Origin: Hyphomonadaceae bacterium
Lineage (GTDB): Bacteria; Pseudomonadota; Alphaproteobacteria; Caulobacterales; Aquidulcibacteraceae
Assembly (NCBI GenBank): GCA_009773395.1
Contig: WRPI01000007.1
Location: forward strand, 118,326 to 182,325
DNA: 64,000 nt
Direction: 5' to 3'
In this document: positions 7,078-17,919 of the stretch, one piece after another
Numbering within the stretch: the stretch's first letter is position 1
Layout: each line of letters begins with the position of its first letter
The notes under the pieces: generated by a model
The model's database searches: none
Seen by the model: only the letters and a program-made list of their open reading frames with translations
What the model was told of the DNA's origin: nothing
Made by a program: the position numbers and the translations under genes

Positions 7078-7143
7078 TTATCCACAACCCATCGTATGCA
7101 AAGCCAAGCCAAACCACAAGCCCTAGTATGCAATTTTTCCACA
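7078..7143. promoter_or_regulatory. Two DnaA boxes in the gcrA upstream region
   Basis: TTATCCACA (7078-7086) and TTTTCCACA (7135-7143) both fit TTWTNCACA. DnaA activation of gcrA is established in Caulobacter crescentus. Confidence 0.7.
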
Positions 7144-7379
7144 AGCAATGCGTTGGGGAAAACTCGACGATGGGGCTTGACTATATCTTGTGGTGATAAG
7201 TAGTCGCGGCGACCCTAATCAAGGCCAATTTTCGGTCTCAAAAACTCTCGATGTAATGTCACAAAAATAATAGTGGAGATTTGCTAGTAAAAGCGTTATT
7301 AGCCGCGTTCCAATCGCGCGTTCCAAAAGCGTTTGAATTGGTTTCTCTTCATTTTGATTTTGTGAGCTTTAAGTTTTCG

Positions 7380-8579
7380 ATGCCCCATTCGCCATTAATG
7401 CCGGTTTATACCCCACCACCAACCGATTTTGTATCGGGTAAAGGCGTCGAAGTTTTTGACGCCAACGGGAAACGCTATCTTGATTTCTTGGCCGGTATTG
7501 CCGTAAACAGTCTTGGTCATTGCCATCCAAAATTGGTCGCGGCACTAACCGAGCAGGCCAATAAACTTTGGCATATGTCAAATGTTTATCAAACCGAATT
7601 GCAGCGCACATTGGCAGCAAAATGGGTAAGCGTAACTTTTGCCGATTATGTATTTTTTACAAATTCCGGCACTGAAGCAATTGAGGCCAGCTTAAAACTT
7701 ACGCGCAAATATCATTTTACCAAAGGCAAGCCTGATAAAATTGATATTATTGGTTTTGATGGCGCTTTTCATGGCAGGTCTTATGGTGGCATCAATGCTG
7801 CGGGTAATCAAAATTATTTGAACGGGTTTGGGCCGCCGCTCCCCGGGTTTAAGCAATGTAAGTTCGGCGATATTGACGCTTTATCCGCGATGATTGACGA
7901 AAATACTGCGGGAATAATCTTGGAACCAATTCAAGGTGAAGGTGGGGTGCGCGCACTCGAGCCTGAATATTTGCGGGCAGTTCGCGCCATTTGCGATGAA
8001 AAAGACATTTTGCTTATTTTTGATGAAGTGCAATGCGGCGCGGGGCGGTCGGGCAAATTATTCGCCCATGAATGGGCAGGAATTGTGCCCGATGTAATGG
8101 CAATTGCAAAAGGCATTGGCGGTGGATTTCCCCTTGGCGCGTGCCTAGCAACCGAACAGGCCTCTATCGGCATGGTAAAAGGCACGCATGGTTCGACTTA
8201 TGGCGGCAATCCTTTGGCGATGGCTGTGGGTCATGCCGCATTTGATGAACTTACCAAGCCCGAATTTTTGGACAATGTGAATAGGGTCGCCAATAATATG
8301 GTGCAAGCATTTGAAGGTCTAAAAGACGCTTATCCAGATTTAATCCTCGAAATAAGAGGCAAAGGACTTTTGCGCGGATTGAAACTATCAATTGACCCGC
8401 TAATTATCCGCGACCTTGCGTTCCAAAATGGGCTTTTGGTGACTGTCGCGGCCGGCAATGTTTTACGGATTTTGCCGCCGCTAATTATAAATGCCGACAA
8501 TGTTTCTGAAGCCGTTTCAATATTGGATAAGTGTTTTACGACTTTTAAAACTTCTCAAAATATTGGGGAAAGCCAATGA
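7380..8579 (+). CDS. argD: Acetylornithine aminotransferase
   Basis: [52 protein letters not shown] (PLP lysine), [10 protein letters not shown]. Start set to ATG 7380. Confidence 0.95.
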   Translation: MPHSPLMPVYTPPPTDFVSGKGVEVFDANGKRYLDFLAGIAVNSLGHCHPKLVAALTEQANKLWHMSNVYQTELQRTLAAKWVSVTFADYVFFTNSGTEAIEASLKLTRKYHFTKGKPDKIDIIGFDGAFHGRSYGGINAAGNQNYLNGFGPPLPGFKQCKFGDIDALSAMIDENTAGIILEPIQGEGGVRALEPEYLRAVRAICDEKDILLIFDEVQCGAGRSGKLFAHEWAGIVPDVMAIAKGIGGGFPLGACLATEQASIGMVKGTHGSTYGGNPLAMAVGHAAFDELTKPEFLDNVNRVANNMVQAFEGLKDAYPDLILEIRGKGLLRGLKLSIDPLIIRDLAFQNGLLVTVAAGNVLRILPPLIINADNVSEAVSILDKCFTTFKTSQNIGESQ

Positions 8580-9496
8580 GACATTTCCTAGATCTCGATT
8601 TAATTGCGCCTGCGGATTTGCGTTCAATTCTTGACGAAGCCCACCGCATGAAAAAGGCGCGCCTTGGCCAGCCCAAAGGAATGGCTGATAAAGACGCATC
8701 ATTGCAGGGCCATATTTTGGCGATGATTTTTGAAAAAAGCTCAACTAGAACCAGGGTTTCATTTGATGTCGCGATGCGGCAAATGGGCGGGAGCGCGGTC
8801 ATTTTGGACACTCACACTTCGCAACTTGGCCGAGGCGAAACAATAGCAGATACGTCGCGCGTGCTTTCGCGCATGGTCGATGCCATTATGTTGCGCGCCA
8901 ATTCACATAAAAGCTTATTGGAAATGGCGAAATGGGCCAGTGTTCCCGTTATAAATGGCCTAACAGATCGTAGTCACCCGTGCCAAATTATGGCGGATTT
9001 GCAGACTTTGGAAGAAAGCGGGCTGGCGCTAAAAGGCGCGCGCATTGCCTGGGTTGGTGATGGCAATAATGTGCTTAATAGTTTTATTGATGCCGCGTCG
9101 GCGTTTGAATATTCCTTGATTGCCGCCTGCCCGAATGGCTTTAAACCCGATGCAAAAACTGTTGAAAATGCGCGAACAAAAGGCGCAAGAATTGAAATTA
9201 CTGACGATGCAAATATCGCGGCATTGAGTGCTGACTGCGTGGTTACGGATACTTGGGTATCGATGGGTGATGAAAATGTGTCGCAACGAATGCAGGCTTT
9301 TGCGCCTTACCAAGTGAATGAAGAATTGATGGCAAAAGCAAATGCAAGGGCGATATTCCTTCATTGTTTACCGGCCCATCGCGGCGATGAAGTTACAAAT
9401 GCCGTGATGGACGGCGCCAATAGCTTGGTTTTTGCTGAAGCCGAAAACCGCATTCATGCGCAAAAAGCGATTTTGCGTTGGTGCTTGGAAAAATAG
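8576..9496 (+). CDS. argF: Ornithine carbamoyltransferase
   Basis: [27 protein letters not shown]; ATGA overlap with argD. Confidence 0.97.
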   Translation: MRHFLDLDLIAPADLRSILDEAHRMKKARLGQPKGMADKDASLQGHILAMIFEKSSTRTRVSFDVAMRQMGGSAVILDTHTSQLGRGETIADTSRVLSRMVDAIMLRANSHKSLLEMAKWASVPVINGLTDRSHPCQIMADLQTLEESGLALKGARIAWVGDGNNVLNSFIDAASAFEYSLIAACPNGFKPDAKTVENARTKGARIEITDDANIAALSADCVVTDTWVSMGDENVSQRMQAFAPYQVNEELMAKANARAIFLHCLPAHRGDEVTNAVMDGANSLVFAEAENRIHAQKAILRWCLEK

Positions 9497-9547
9497 GCTC
9501 TGCTCAATTTTCTAGAATCCAAATTGGATTTGCGTCATATTGTCAAA

Positions 9548-10486
9548 ATGATCGAGTTGGAAGAAAATTTATTGCTCGGATCCGATGATATCGCTTTTGG
9601 CTTTGGCTTGGAGGAAACGTCAATTCGTGGGCAAATTGTGCGGTTGGGGCCAGCCACCGCCGATGAAATTATTTCGCGTCACAATCTTCATCCTATTGTC
9701 TCTTCGATTTTAGGTGAATTATTAGCGCTGGTCTCCATTTGCGGCGCTTCTTTGAAATTTGATGGTAAATTGATTGCGGAAATACGCGGTGATATTGGTA
9801 ACCCTGACCTTCCAATTGAGTTTATTGTCGCCGAATATTTGACCGGCGGCACAATGCGCGGCATGGCCAAAACTAATGAAAAAGCGCTCGAAAAATTGCT
9901 CATCGGCAATTCAAAACCGAGTTTGCACTCGCTTTTTGGCAATGGCATTTTCCTAATTACTATTGACCAAGGCAAAAGCCGCGATCGATACCAAGGCCAA
10001 GTCCCGCTTGAAGGCGCAAGCCTAAGTGAAGTTGCGAGCCGCTATTTTGAACAATCCGAACAAATTCCGACCAAAATAATGCTCGCAAGCGCACAAGAAC
10101 AAGACGGCCATAGCCATGAGGAATGGCGCGCTTGCGGCATTATGGTCCAAAGAATTGGCCGCGATGATGGGCGCGAACAAAGCGACGATATTTGGGACGA
10201 AGTAGTATCTAAATTTGAAACTCTGACTTTTGAAGAATTAATCGAACCAAGCATTAGCGCGGGCGAATTATTATTCAGGCTTTACCACGAAAACAATGTG
10301 GTTAGCTATGAGCCGAAATTACTCGCGGCGAAATGCAATTGTTCACACAAGCGCCTTGTAGATATTATGCGCGGCTTCCCCAAAGAAGACACTGAAGAAA
10401 TGATGGAAAATGACGGACAAATTCACGCCCGCTGCGAATATTGCAACACCAGCTATAAAATCAGCCCGAAGGAGTTTAGGTCTTAA
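9548..10486 (+). CDS. hslO: Hsp33 redox-regulated chaperone
   Basis: [18 protein letters not shown], and C-terminal zinc motif CNC...CEYC. Confidence 0.93.
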   Translation: MIELEENLLLGSDDIAFGFGLEETSIRGQIVRLGPATADEIISRHNLHPIVSSILGELLALVSICGASLKFDGKLIAEIRGDIGNPDLPIEFIVAEYLTGGTMRGMAKTNEKALEKLLIGNSKPSLHSLFGNGIFLITIDQGKSRDRYQGQVPLEGASLSEVASRYFEQSEQIPTKIMLASAQEQDGHSHEEWRACGIMVQRIGRDDGREQSDDIWDEVVSKFETLTFEELIEPSISAGELLFRLYHENNVVSYEPKLLAAKCNCSHKRLVDIMRGFPKEDTEEMMENDGQIHARCEYCNTSYKISPKEFRS

Positions 10487-11066
10487 TTTCACCGCGATTG
10501 GAAATTATTTTCCCAACCAAGCCATAATCCACAGCTTCTTGCGCCGACATCCAATAATCACGGTCAGTGTCTTCAACAATTTTTTCATAAGTCTGGCCAG
10601 TTGCAGCGGCAAAAATGCGGTTCAATCGTTCGCGCATACGGATAATTTCGCGCGCTTGAATTTCAACATCAGAAGCCATGCCACCAACACCGCCGCGCGG
10701 TTCGTGCAATAAAAAACGGGTATTTGGCAAACAATAACGACGCTCACGCGGCACTGCAGTGTAAATCAAAGCACCAGCAGATGCGCACCACCCCGTGCCC
10801 AAAATGTTCACAGGAGCCGATATGAATCCTATCATATCATGAATCATATCGCCGCTTTCAACATGCCCACCAGGCGATGAAACCACCAACAAAATCGGGT
10901 CGGCGCTGATGCCCGAAAGCGCAATAAGCCGCTCGGCGACGCGTCTTGCTTGCTTGTCATCAATTCCACCAGTTAGCAAAATTGTGCGAGAATCCAATAA
11001 TGCTTTTTCGAGCAAGGCAAGTGAGGAATCTTGTGGTGGGGTTTCTTCTTCATCCAAGCGGATCAT
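10476..11066 (-). CDS. clpP: ATP-dependent Clp protease proteolytic subunit (ClpP paralog)
   Basis: [18 protein letters not shown] (Ser), RFLLHEP (His), [19 protein letters not shown] (Asp). Start set to ATG 11066 with GGAG RBS. Confidence 0.93.
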   Translation of the reverse strand: MIRLDEEETPPQDSSLALLEKALLDSRTILLTGGIDDKQARRVAERLIALSGISADPILLVVSSPGGHVESGDMIHDMIGFISAPVNILGTGWCASAGALIYTAVPRERRYCLPNTRFLLHEPRGGVGGMASDVEIQAREIIRMRERLNRIFAAATGQTYEKIVEDTDRDYWMSAQEAVDYGLVGKIISNRGEIKT

Positions 11067-11223
11067 TGTTTTCTCCAAGCGGAACTGGTTGGTGCTGTAT
11101 ATTTCGAGTTGTTCGTTGCCAGTATTCCATGATTTGGTCAATTGGGAGTTAAGAGTGATGCGCATAAAGTGCGAAATGAATGTAAATTGTGAAAGCCGCA
11201 AATAAATTGTGGAAATCTAACAC

Positions 11224-13131
11224 TTGTTAGCAATTAAATCACCATTTGCGTTTATTAGTGACCGTCATTCGGGGGAGCCATTTTTGACCAGCACTAACCA
11301 GTCGCACATGTTGTTTGATAGCCGAACGCCAATCGAACAACATAGATATGCGAAATTGGAAGCTGATTTAGCTGCTGATTTTTGGGGCGAGACTGCAAAT
11401 GGCCGTGTCCAATCTGCATTTATTAGGGTCGCGTTTTCAATTTTATTCAGCGTTTTTTGCTTCTTTTTGGGCATTGATTATGTAATTTGTTTGGTTTGGC
11501 TGGTGGTGACCAATTTACTCCAAGCCTATGATTACTTGCGCGCCAGGCAATTGAGCGAAAAACCAAAACGATCTTCGCGCAGAAATCGTTTTACGTTCGC
11601 TGTATTGCTTTCGTGTATTTCCTATGCATCAATAATACCGATTGGCTGGTTTTCGGGCGGGTTCGCACTCAAAATTATTGTGACTTTGCTTACCGCTGGG
11701 GCGCTGGTTTCTAACGGGGTTCGCGGACAAAAAGTGCCGATTGTCGGCATCGCAGTATCGGGTCCTTATTTGGCTGCTACTTGCGCAATCTTACTCGGTG
11801 AAGCATTATTCACCCGCTCATTTGGCGTAACCGAAACTGTTGCGATTGTCAGCTTGACTTTAATGGGCTCAATTTATTTCTTTGAATCAATCCGTTTCAG
11901 CGCCAAAAACGCCGAAATCCTTAAAAAGTCACTCATTGAAAATCTATATGCCAAGGAAAACGCGGATCAAGCAAATAGCGCAAAATCCGAATTTTTGGCC
12001 ACTATGAGCCACGAAATGCGCACGCCATTAAACGCGATTATGGGTTCGGCGACTTTGCTGAAAAATGCGGTAAATGGCAAATCCGAAATAGAATTATTGC
12101 GCACCCTTGAAGAGGCTGGGCATAGCTTGTTAGAACTACTCAATAATTTGCTTGATTTGTCAAAAATTGAAGCGGGCCGAATGGATTTCGAATCTATTGC
12201 TTTTTCACCATCAGAATTGGTTGAGGGAATTAAGAACTTATGGGCAAATCCAATTGCCGAAAAAGGCCTTGATTTACACATTGAATTTGAAAACCCAACC
12301 GACTTAGCTTTGTTAGGTGACCCTAACCGCATTCGCCAGATTATCAATAATTTGATTTCAAATGCGCTAAAATTCACCGAAAATGGCGTTATCACACTTA
12401 AAGTCGAGACAACTTCCGATGCAGTTTTGTTTAGGGTTACTGACACTGGAATCGGTGTCTCATTTGAAGCGCAAGAATTGATTTTTGACCCTTACCAACA
12501 AGCCAATATAAAAATTGCGGGCCAATTTGGCGGCACTGGGCTTGGGCTGTCAACTTCGCGCAAATTGGCAAAATTGATGGACGGTGATCTGACAGTGGAA
12601 AGCGAAATAGGCTTTGGATCGACATTTAGCTTGCGCATCCAACGCAAAATCGCCAATGCAGCCGATTTACCGAAAACCGCGGATGCGCTGGATTTAGACA
12701 ATCAAAACCAGCATGACAATATGCGGGTTTTAGTCGCCGATGACAATTATTCGAACCGCCTTATCCTTAGTCGTTTCCTCGAAATAGCGGGCATTCAGAC
12801 CGTAATGGCAAATGACGGTAAGGAAGCATTGGACCTCGCGACCACCAGTCAGTTTGATTTGATTATGCTTGATGTTCGAATGCCAGTCATGGACGGCCTT
12901 GCTGCTTGCCGCGCAATTCGCAATTTGGGAAATCAAAACGCGAATACGCCAATTATTATGGTTTCGGCAGATGCGGCAAAAGCGCAAATTGCACTTGGGC
13001 TGGCAGCGGGTGCCAATGGTTATTTGACCAAACCGATAAACCCGCAAAAGCTATTTGCTGCCATTGAAAACGCAATTGAAGCGGCGGAATGCCAACCTGC
13101 AAACAGCCACAACAGCAGTCTTACTGCTTAG
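11224..13131 (+). CDS. Membrane-bound hybrid sensor histidine kinase/response regulator
   Basis: About 5-6 N-terminal TM segments, H-box MSHEMRTPLNAI, N-box NLISNALKFT, DTGIG, GGTGLGL, receiver DLIMLDVRMPVMDG. True start may be 11284 (TTG after GGAG) or 11308. Confidence 0.93.
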   Translation: MLAIKSPFAFISDRHSGEPFLTSTNQSHMLFDSRTPIEQHRYAKLEADLAADFWGETANGRVQSAFIRVAFSILFSVFCFFLGIDYVICLVWLVVTNLLQAYDYLRARQLSEKPKRSSRRNRFTFAVLLSCISYASIIPIGWFSGGFALKIIVTLLTAGALVSNGVRGQKVPIVGIAVSGPYLAATCAILLGEALFTRSFGVTETVAIVSLTLMGSIYFFESIRFSAKNAEILKKSLIENLYAKENADQANSAKSEFLATMSHEMRTPLNAIMGSATLLKNAVNGKSEIELLRTLEEAGHSLLELLNNLLDLSKIEAGRMDFESIAFSPSELVEGIKNLWANPIAEKGLDLHIEFENPTDLALLGDPNRIRQIINNLISNALKFTENGVITLKVETTSDAVLFRVTDTGIGVSFEAQELIFDPYQQANIKIAGQFGGTGLGLSTSRKLAKLMDGDLTVESEIGFGSTFSLRIQRKIANAADLPKTADALDLDNQNQHDNMRVLVADDNYSNRLILSRFLEIAGIQTVMANDGKEALDLATTSQFDLIMLDVRMPVMDGLAACRAIRNLGNQNANTPIIMVSADAAKAQIALGLAAGANGYLTKPINPQKLFAAIENAIEAAECQPANSHNSSLTA

Positions 13132-13232
13132 AGCGCAATCCCCTCAAGTGGAATCACTTGAGGGGATAAATTGCGCGACCAAACAAAGAACTAGCGCGGT
13201 TTTCAAGTTCCACTTGAAAAACCACCGCGCTA
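13129..13232. repeat. CIR/RIME-like intergenic double-hairpin repeat
   Basis: TAGAGCGCAAT-CCCTCAAGT-GGAATC-ACTTGAGGG...ACCAAACAAAGAAC-TAGCGCGGTTTTCAAGTTCCACTTGAAAAACCACCGCGCTA. Starts at the kinase stop codon, has GANTC in the first loop, and its right arm is nearly identical to that at 32629-32669. Confidence 0.8.
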
Positions 13233-13309
13233 ACAATTTCGCAATTTGCACGTGACCCAACAGTAATCTTTGCTTGCGCTAAATGATTTCTGCACCTATT
13301 CCAATTGCC

Positions 13310-14272
13310 ATGTCTAGTTCAAACTTTCTTGATTTTGAAAAGCCGATTGCTGAGCTTGAAAAAAAAATCGATGAATTGATGAAGGCTGCGTCTGCTGGCA
13401 CTGGTGCCAATGTTCGCGCTGAAATCACAAAATTGCGCGAAAAATCCAACAAAGCTTTGGAAGATTTATATTCAAGCCTTGACCCTTGGCGGCGCACCAA
13501 AGTTGCCAGGCATCAAGACCGTCCGCATTTTAGCGATTATGTCGAGGCATTGGTCAAAGATTATGTTCCGCTTTGTGGCGATAGAGTTTTTGGTGACGAT
13601 GAAGCAATCCAGGGCGGCATTGGGCGCTTTCGCAAACAGTCATGCGTATTGATTGGCCATGAAAAAGGCAAAACCACGGACGAGCGCTTAAAACATAATT
13701 TCGGCATGGCGCGGCCTGAAGGCTATCGCAAAGCCATACGGCTTATGGATATGGCGGATAAATTTCGTTTGCCGGTCATTAGTTTGGTTGATACCGCAGG
13801 CGCATACCCCGGCCTTGATGCCGAAGCCCGTGGCCAAGCCGAAGCAATTGCCCGCTGCACTGACCGTTGCTTAACCCTTGGTGTGCCGATGATTGCGGTG
13901 ATAACTGGTGAAGGCGGTTCGGGCGGCGCAGTTGCAATTGCCAGCGCCAATAAAGTCATCATGCTTGAAAACTCAATATATTCAGTGATTTCACCTGAAG
14001 GCGCGGCATCCATTCTTTATCGCTCAAATGAAAAAGCAAAAGAAGCCGCGGTCGCCATGAAAATTGTGCCTGAAGATCTAATGGCGCTTGGTGTGATTGA
14101 TGAAATAATAAAAGAACCTTTAGGCGGCGCACATCGCCACCCCGCCACAGTGATTGAAAACGTCGGCAAGGCAATTGAAAAAGCGCTTAAGGGCTTTGCG
14201 GGCATGGAAAGCGCCGCAATAATCCGCCAGCGCCGCGAACGCTTTTTGGCGATAGGGCGGAGCTTGGGTTAG
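13310..14272 (+). CDS. accA: Acetyl-CoA carboxylase carboxyltransferase alpha subunit
   Basis: FLDFEKPIAELE, ARHQDRP, NFGMARPEGYRKA, DTAGAYPG, GEGGSGGA, YSVISPEG. Confidence 0.97.
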   Translation: MSSSNFLDFEKPIAELEKKIDELMKAASAGTGANVRAEITKLREKSNKALEDLYSSLDPWRRTKVARHQDRPHFSDYVEALVKDYVPLCGDRVFGDDEAIQGGIGRFRKQSCVLIGHEKGKTTDERLKHNFGMARPEGYRKAIRLMDMADKFRLPVISLVDTAGAYPGLDAEARGQAEAIARCTDRCLTLGVPMIAVITGEGGSGGAVAIASANKVIMLENSIYSVISPEGAASILYRSNEKAKEAAVAMKIVPEDLMALGVIDEIIKEPLGGAHRHPATVIENVGKAIEKALKGFAGMESAAIIRQRRERFLAIGRSLG

Positions 14273-14715
14273 GGTGAAAAATACCCGCGCAATAATTCCA
14301 CCATTTCTTTCGGTGGGCGCTGCGGATTACCTTCAAAATCTATGCAAACTGCGGTTACTTGCGCTGTGGCAATTTCAACTTCGCCGCGCATTATTTTTTG
14401 ATCAATATGCAGTTTTGCGCCCTTTATTTCGTGGTATTTTGTGTGCACCAATAGGGCATCATCAATCCGCGCTGGCTTTTTGAAGCGCAAATCCATTGCG
14501 ATAACCGCAAATGCCATTGGCTTTTCGCGGGTTTGCAAGTCTGTATGGTTCACCCCAGCAAGGCGTAAAAAGTCCGAACGGCCACGTTCAAAATACCGCA
14601 GATAATTGGCGTGATATACAACGCCAGACATATCGGTATCTTCATAATAAATGCGCACAGGCAATAAATGGTTTTTGCCGTCAAAGCGGCCGGCATAAGC
14701 GTTATCTTTGCTCAC
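14269..14715 (-). CDS. ybgC: YbgC/FadM-family acyl-CoA thioesterase
   Basis: [28 protein letters not shown]; follows ruvB as in the usual ruv-tol synteny. Confidence 0.92.
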   Translation of the reverse strand: MSKDNAYAGRFDGKNHLLPVRIYYEDTDMSGVVYHANYLRYFERGRSDFLRLAGVNHTDLQTREKPMAFAVIAMDLRFKKPARIDDALLVHTKYHEIKGAKLHIDQKIMRGEVEIATAQVTAVCIDFEGNPQRPPKEMVELLRGYFSP

Positions 14716-15755
14716 TTGCCACTTCCTTTTTCAAACAAATCGGCATTTTGCACTTTTGGCTCGGGCAGGCCAAAAAGCTGATAGGCCCGTGCTGCCGCCA
14801 TTCGACCGCGCGGTGTGCGTTGAATGAAGCCTTGTTGCAATAAATACGGTTCGATTACGTCTTCAACGCCATCACGCGATTCTGAAAGCGCCGCCGCCAA
14901 GGTTTCGACCCCAACCGGTCCACCGCCATAAGTTTCAACAATTGCCCGCAAATAGCGGCGATCGAGCATATCAAGCCCATCTGGATCTATATCCAACCGC
15001 GCCAGGCCAGTCGCGGCAATATTTGCGTCCAAAACACTGCCCATGCTTTCGGCAAAATCGCGCACTCGCCTTAAGAGCCTGATGGCAATGCGCGGTGTGC
15101 CACGCGCGCGAGTTGCGATTTCCTGTGCGCCATCGTCAGTTAATTCCACGCCCAATTTAATCGCGGCACGACGCAGAATTACCACCAATTCAGAAGGCGT
15201 ATAAAAATTCAGCCGTGAAACAATTCCAAACCTATCGCGCAATGGCGAAGATAAAAGCCCCGAGCGCGTGGTTGCGCCAATAAGTGTGAATGGCGATAAA
15301 TCAATACGGATAGAGCGCGCCGATGGCCCCTCGCCGATTACCAAATCCAGCGCATAATCCTCCATTGCGGGATAAAGAATTTCCTCGACAATTGCTGGCA
15401 GGCGGTGAATTTCATCAATGAAAAGCACGTCATTGGGCTCAAGATTGGTCAAAAGCGCCGCCAAATCACCTGCTTTGGCAATTACTGGTCCCGAAGTTGA
15501 TTTGAAGCCAACCCCCAATTCACGCGCCACAATTTGCGCCAGTGTGGTTTTGCCAAGCCCGGGTGGACCATGAAATAATAAATGATCCAACGCATCTTGG
15601 CGGGCTTTGGCGGCATTTACAAAAACTTCCAAATTGGCAGTTAGGTCTTTTTGGCCGATGAATTCAGCAAATCCCGATGGGCGTAATGCGCGGTCCTGCC
15701 CCTCACCTGTTCTTGCGTCGGAACTTATCAAGCGCTCATCATCAATATCACTCAT
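14712..15755 (-). CDS. ruvB: Holliday junction branch migration helicase RuvB
   Basis: [47 protein letters not shown]. Confidence 0.98.
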   Translation of the reverse strand: MSDIDDERLISSDARTGEGQDRALRPSGFAEFIGQKDLTANLEVFVNAAKARQDALDHLLFHGPPGLGKTTLAQIVARELGVGFKSTSGPVIAKAGDLAALLTNLEPNDVLFIDEIHRLPAIVEEILYPAMEDYALDLVIGEGPSARSIRIDLSPFTLIGATTRSGLLSSPLRDRFGIVSRLNFYTPSELVVILRRAAIKLGVELTDDGAQEIATRARGTPRIAIRLLRRVRDFAESMGSVLDANIAATGLARLDIDPDGLDMLDRRYLRAIVETYGGGPVGVETLAAALSESRDGVEDVIEPYLLQQGFIQRTPRGRMAAARAYQLFGLPEPKVQNADLFEKGSGK

Positions 15756-16399
15756 GGCTTAAGTTCCTTCAATGCTTGTTTGACCAAATCCGCCAATTCG
15801 GGATCATCATCGAACTTGCCATAAGCATGGGCCACAGCATTCATTGCATCGGCTGTATTAAAACCGAGGTTTTGCAAAGCCGAAATCGCGCCATTTCGCA
15901 ATGCCATATCGCCCAACGCCTCACGTCTGTCTTCGGGCGTTTCAAAATCGCTTGATGGCGGGGTAAATGCGCCGTGCTCCACCGCAGAATAAAGAGTTGA
16001 AGGCGGCGCGCGGCCTTTGAGTTCAAGAACAATGCGCTGCGCCAGTTTTGGCCCAACCCCAGACGCGCGCGAAACCGATGCTTTATCACCCAATTCTGCG
16101 GCCTGCATAATTTGGTTTGGCGTCATAATGTCAAGAATTGCCAGCGCGACCTTGGCGCCGACACCCGATACATTTTGCAATTGCACAAACCAAGCGCGCT
16201 CAGTGTCAGACAAAAATCCAAATAATTTTAGCGCATCTTCACGAACATAAGTTTCGACATAAAGGAAAACTGCTTCATTTTTGCGTAGGCGTGAAAGTGT
16301 GGCATTGCCAAGATATACAAGATACCCCACCCCCTGCACTTCAATTAAAGCGCGGTCATCATAAATACCCTGGACAATTCCTTTAAGTGAACCAATCAT
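15752..16399 (-). CDS. ruvA: Holliday junction DNA-binding protein RuvA
   Basis: [49 protein letters not shown]. Confidence 0.97.
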   Translation of the reverse strand: MIGSLKGIVQGIYDDRALIEVQGVGYLVYLGNATLSRLRKNEAVFLYVETYVREDALKLFGFLSDTERAWFVQLQNVSGVGAKVALAILDIMTPNQIMQAAELGDKASVSRASGVGPKLAQRIVLELKGRAPPSTLYSAVEHGAFTPPSSDFETPEDRREALGDMALRNGAISALQNLGFNTADAMNAVAHAYGKFDDDPELADLVKQALKELKP

Positions 16400-17355
16400 C
16401 GCTTTTTTCCATTTTTAATGGCTGGGCCAATAACTTCGATTGCATTTGTGAAAATGCCCGCGCCATTGGGAACGTGTTTTATATCCATGGGGTCGTCAAG
16501 GCCACCGGGCCGCTTTGGGACAATTCCTTCGGCAGGCCCAGCGATAAACACTCGTGCATTAACAGCATTTAGGCGCGCCACCATGGTTGAATTGTAACCC
16601 CAAAATAAGTGTCGGTGCGAAACTGGGATAATCAATACTCCATTGCGACATTTCTCCAACGGGCCATTGCGCCACGCATTTTTCATATATTGAACACCAC
16701 ATTCTTTGACGCTTTGTCCAGAAAAAACACTATATTGCGGTGCATCACGCCTGAAGGTTTCTATTGCACTAAGGCCGCCGCCATAAACTATTATTTTGTC
16801 ATTTGGCACATTGCGAGCTTTTAGATAGGCAGCCAGCTTAACGCCTTCACTCGCTTCATTGCTTTTGATATTTATCATCAATGTTATACCGTCGGCAGCT
16901 TCCAATACTTCGGCAAGACTTGGCATAAGCCCGATGCCCTTACTGCGCAACGGATAAGTCCTTCCGCCATCGGCGGTATAACCATAACCAACGTCCAAAG
17001 TTCGCAAATATGCCATTGTTTGTTCGCGTGTGACACCATGGCCTTCGGTGCGGCAATCAATTGTCCAATCATGGAAAACTGCAAAATCACCATCAGTTGT
17101 TGGGTGAACGTCAACTTCAATTATGTCCGCGCCAAGCCTTATGGTCTCACGAAGACTTGGAATTGTGTTTTCCAAAAACTCATGGCGCGGTGGGTCAATA
17201 CGCTCTGCGGTGCAAGTGGCATTTGTAAGACCTTCATTCGAAAAAGTTTGGTGAACACCACGGTGCGCAAGAATAGGGTGCAAGCCATCACCTTTTGGCG
17301 CAAAACCAACGCAGCCAAACAAAAACAAAGTTAGAAGAATCACTAGTTTTTTCAT
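16396..17355 (-). CDS. Glycerophosphodiester phosphodiesterase-family protein, predicted lipoprotein
   Basis: ILAHRG, ENTIPS, IEVDVHPTTDGDFAVFHD, NIKS motifs; N-terminus MKKLVILLTLFLFGC with lipobox. Start ATG 17355 overlaps the ruvC TGA; stop overlaps the ruvA ATG. Confidence 0.9.
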   Translation of the reverse strand: MKKLVILLTLFLFGCVGFAPKGDGLHPILAHRGVHQTFSNEGLTNATCTAERIDPPRHEFLENTIPSLRETIRLGADIIEVDVHPTTDGDFAVFHDWTIDCRTEGHGVTREQTMAYLRTLDVGYGYTADGGRTYPLRSKGIGLMPSLAEVLEAADGITLMINIKSNEASEGVKLAAYLKARNVPNDKIIVYGGGLSAIETFRRDAPQYSVFSGQSVKECGVQYMKNAWRNGPLEKCRNGVLIIPVSHRHLFWGYNSTMVARLNAVNARVFIAGPAEGIVPKRPGGLDDPMDIKHVPNGAGIFTNAIEVIGPAIKNGKKR

Positions 17356-17867
17356 CACCGCGCCCTCAAAACTGCTTGCGCCATTTTGCGCTCCGTAGCA
17401 TGGCACAAAGCCACCGCGAGCGCATCCGCGCTATCTGATTTTAAGGCGTCACAATTCGGCAATAGGCGTTTCACCATAAAGGCCACTTGGTCTTTTTCCG
17501 CCGAACCAGTTCCCACCAATGCCTTTTTTACGCGCCGTGTTGCATATTCCGATACCACCAGTCCCTCACCTGCCAATATTGCCAGCGCCGCTCCACGCGC
17601 ATGGCCCAATAACAATGATGTTTTGGCGGAATTTGCAAAAAAAGTTTCTTCAACCGCAGCTTCGCTTGGCGCATAAAGTTCAATAATTTTGCGAAGTTCG
17701 CGCGCCAAAAATGCCAGCCTGTCCGCCAAAGGTAAAGATGTGGGTGGATTAATCACTCCATGCGCAATCCAAGACACGCGATTACCGATAGAATTTATCA
17801 CTCCCCAACCTGTGTGTTGAAGGCCGGGGTCAATGCCAATAATTGTGGTTTGCGCACTTAAATCCAT
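17355..17867 (-). CDS. ruvC: Crossover junction endodeoxyribonuclease RuvC
   Basis: IIGIDPGLQHTGWG, AAVEETF, LGHARG, VKKALVGTGSAEKDQV, DSADALAVALCH. Confidence 0.97.
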   Translation of the reverse strand: MDLSAQTTIIGIDPGLQHTGWGVINSIGNRVSWIAHGVINPPTSLPLADRLAFLARELRKIIELYAPSEAAVEETFFANSAKTSLLLGHARGAALAILAGEGLVVSEYATRRVKKALVGTGSAEKDQVAFMVKRLLPNCDALKSDSADALAVALCHATERKMAQAVLRAR

Positions 17868-17890
17868 GATTCTTTATTGCGCGAAAATAT

Positions 17891-17905
17891 GAACAAATCA
17901 AGAAC
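17891..17905. promoter_or_regulatory. LexA (SOS) box upstream of ruvC
   Basis: GAAC-AAATCAA-GAAC, 24 bp upstream of the ruvC start; ruv genes are typical SOS targets. Confidence 0.8.
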
Positions 17906-17919
17906 TATTTGCCTCGCAA

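Noticed and set aside
7011-7379. Replication origin at the gcrA-argD spacer
   Set aside because: Only two consensus DnaA boxes, no evident AT-rich unwinding element, none of the usual origin-flanking genes, and DnaA boxes at gcrA already have a known transcriptional explanation. A GC-skew analysis would settle it.
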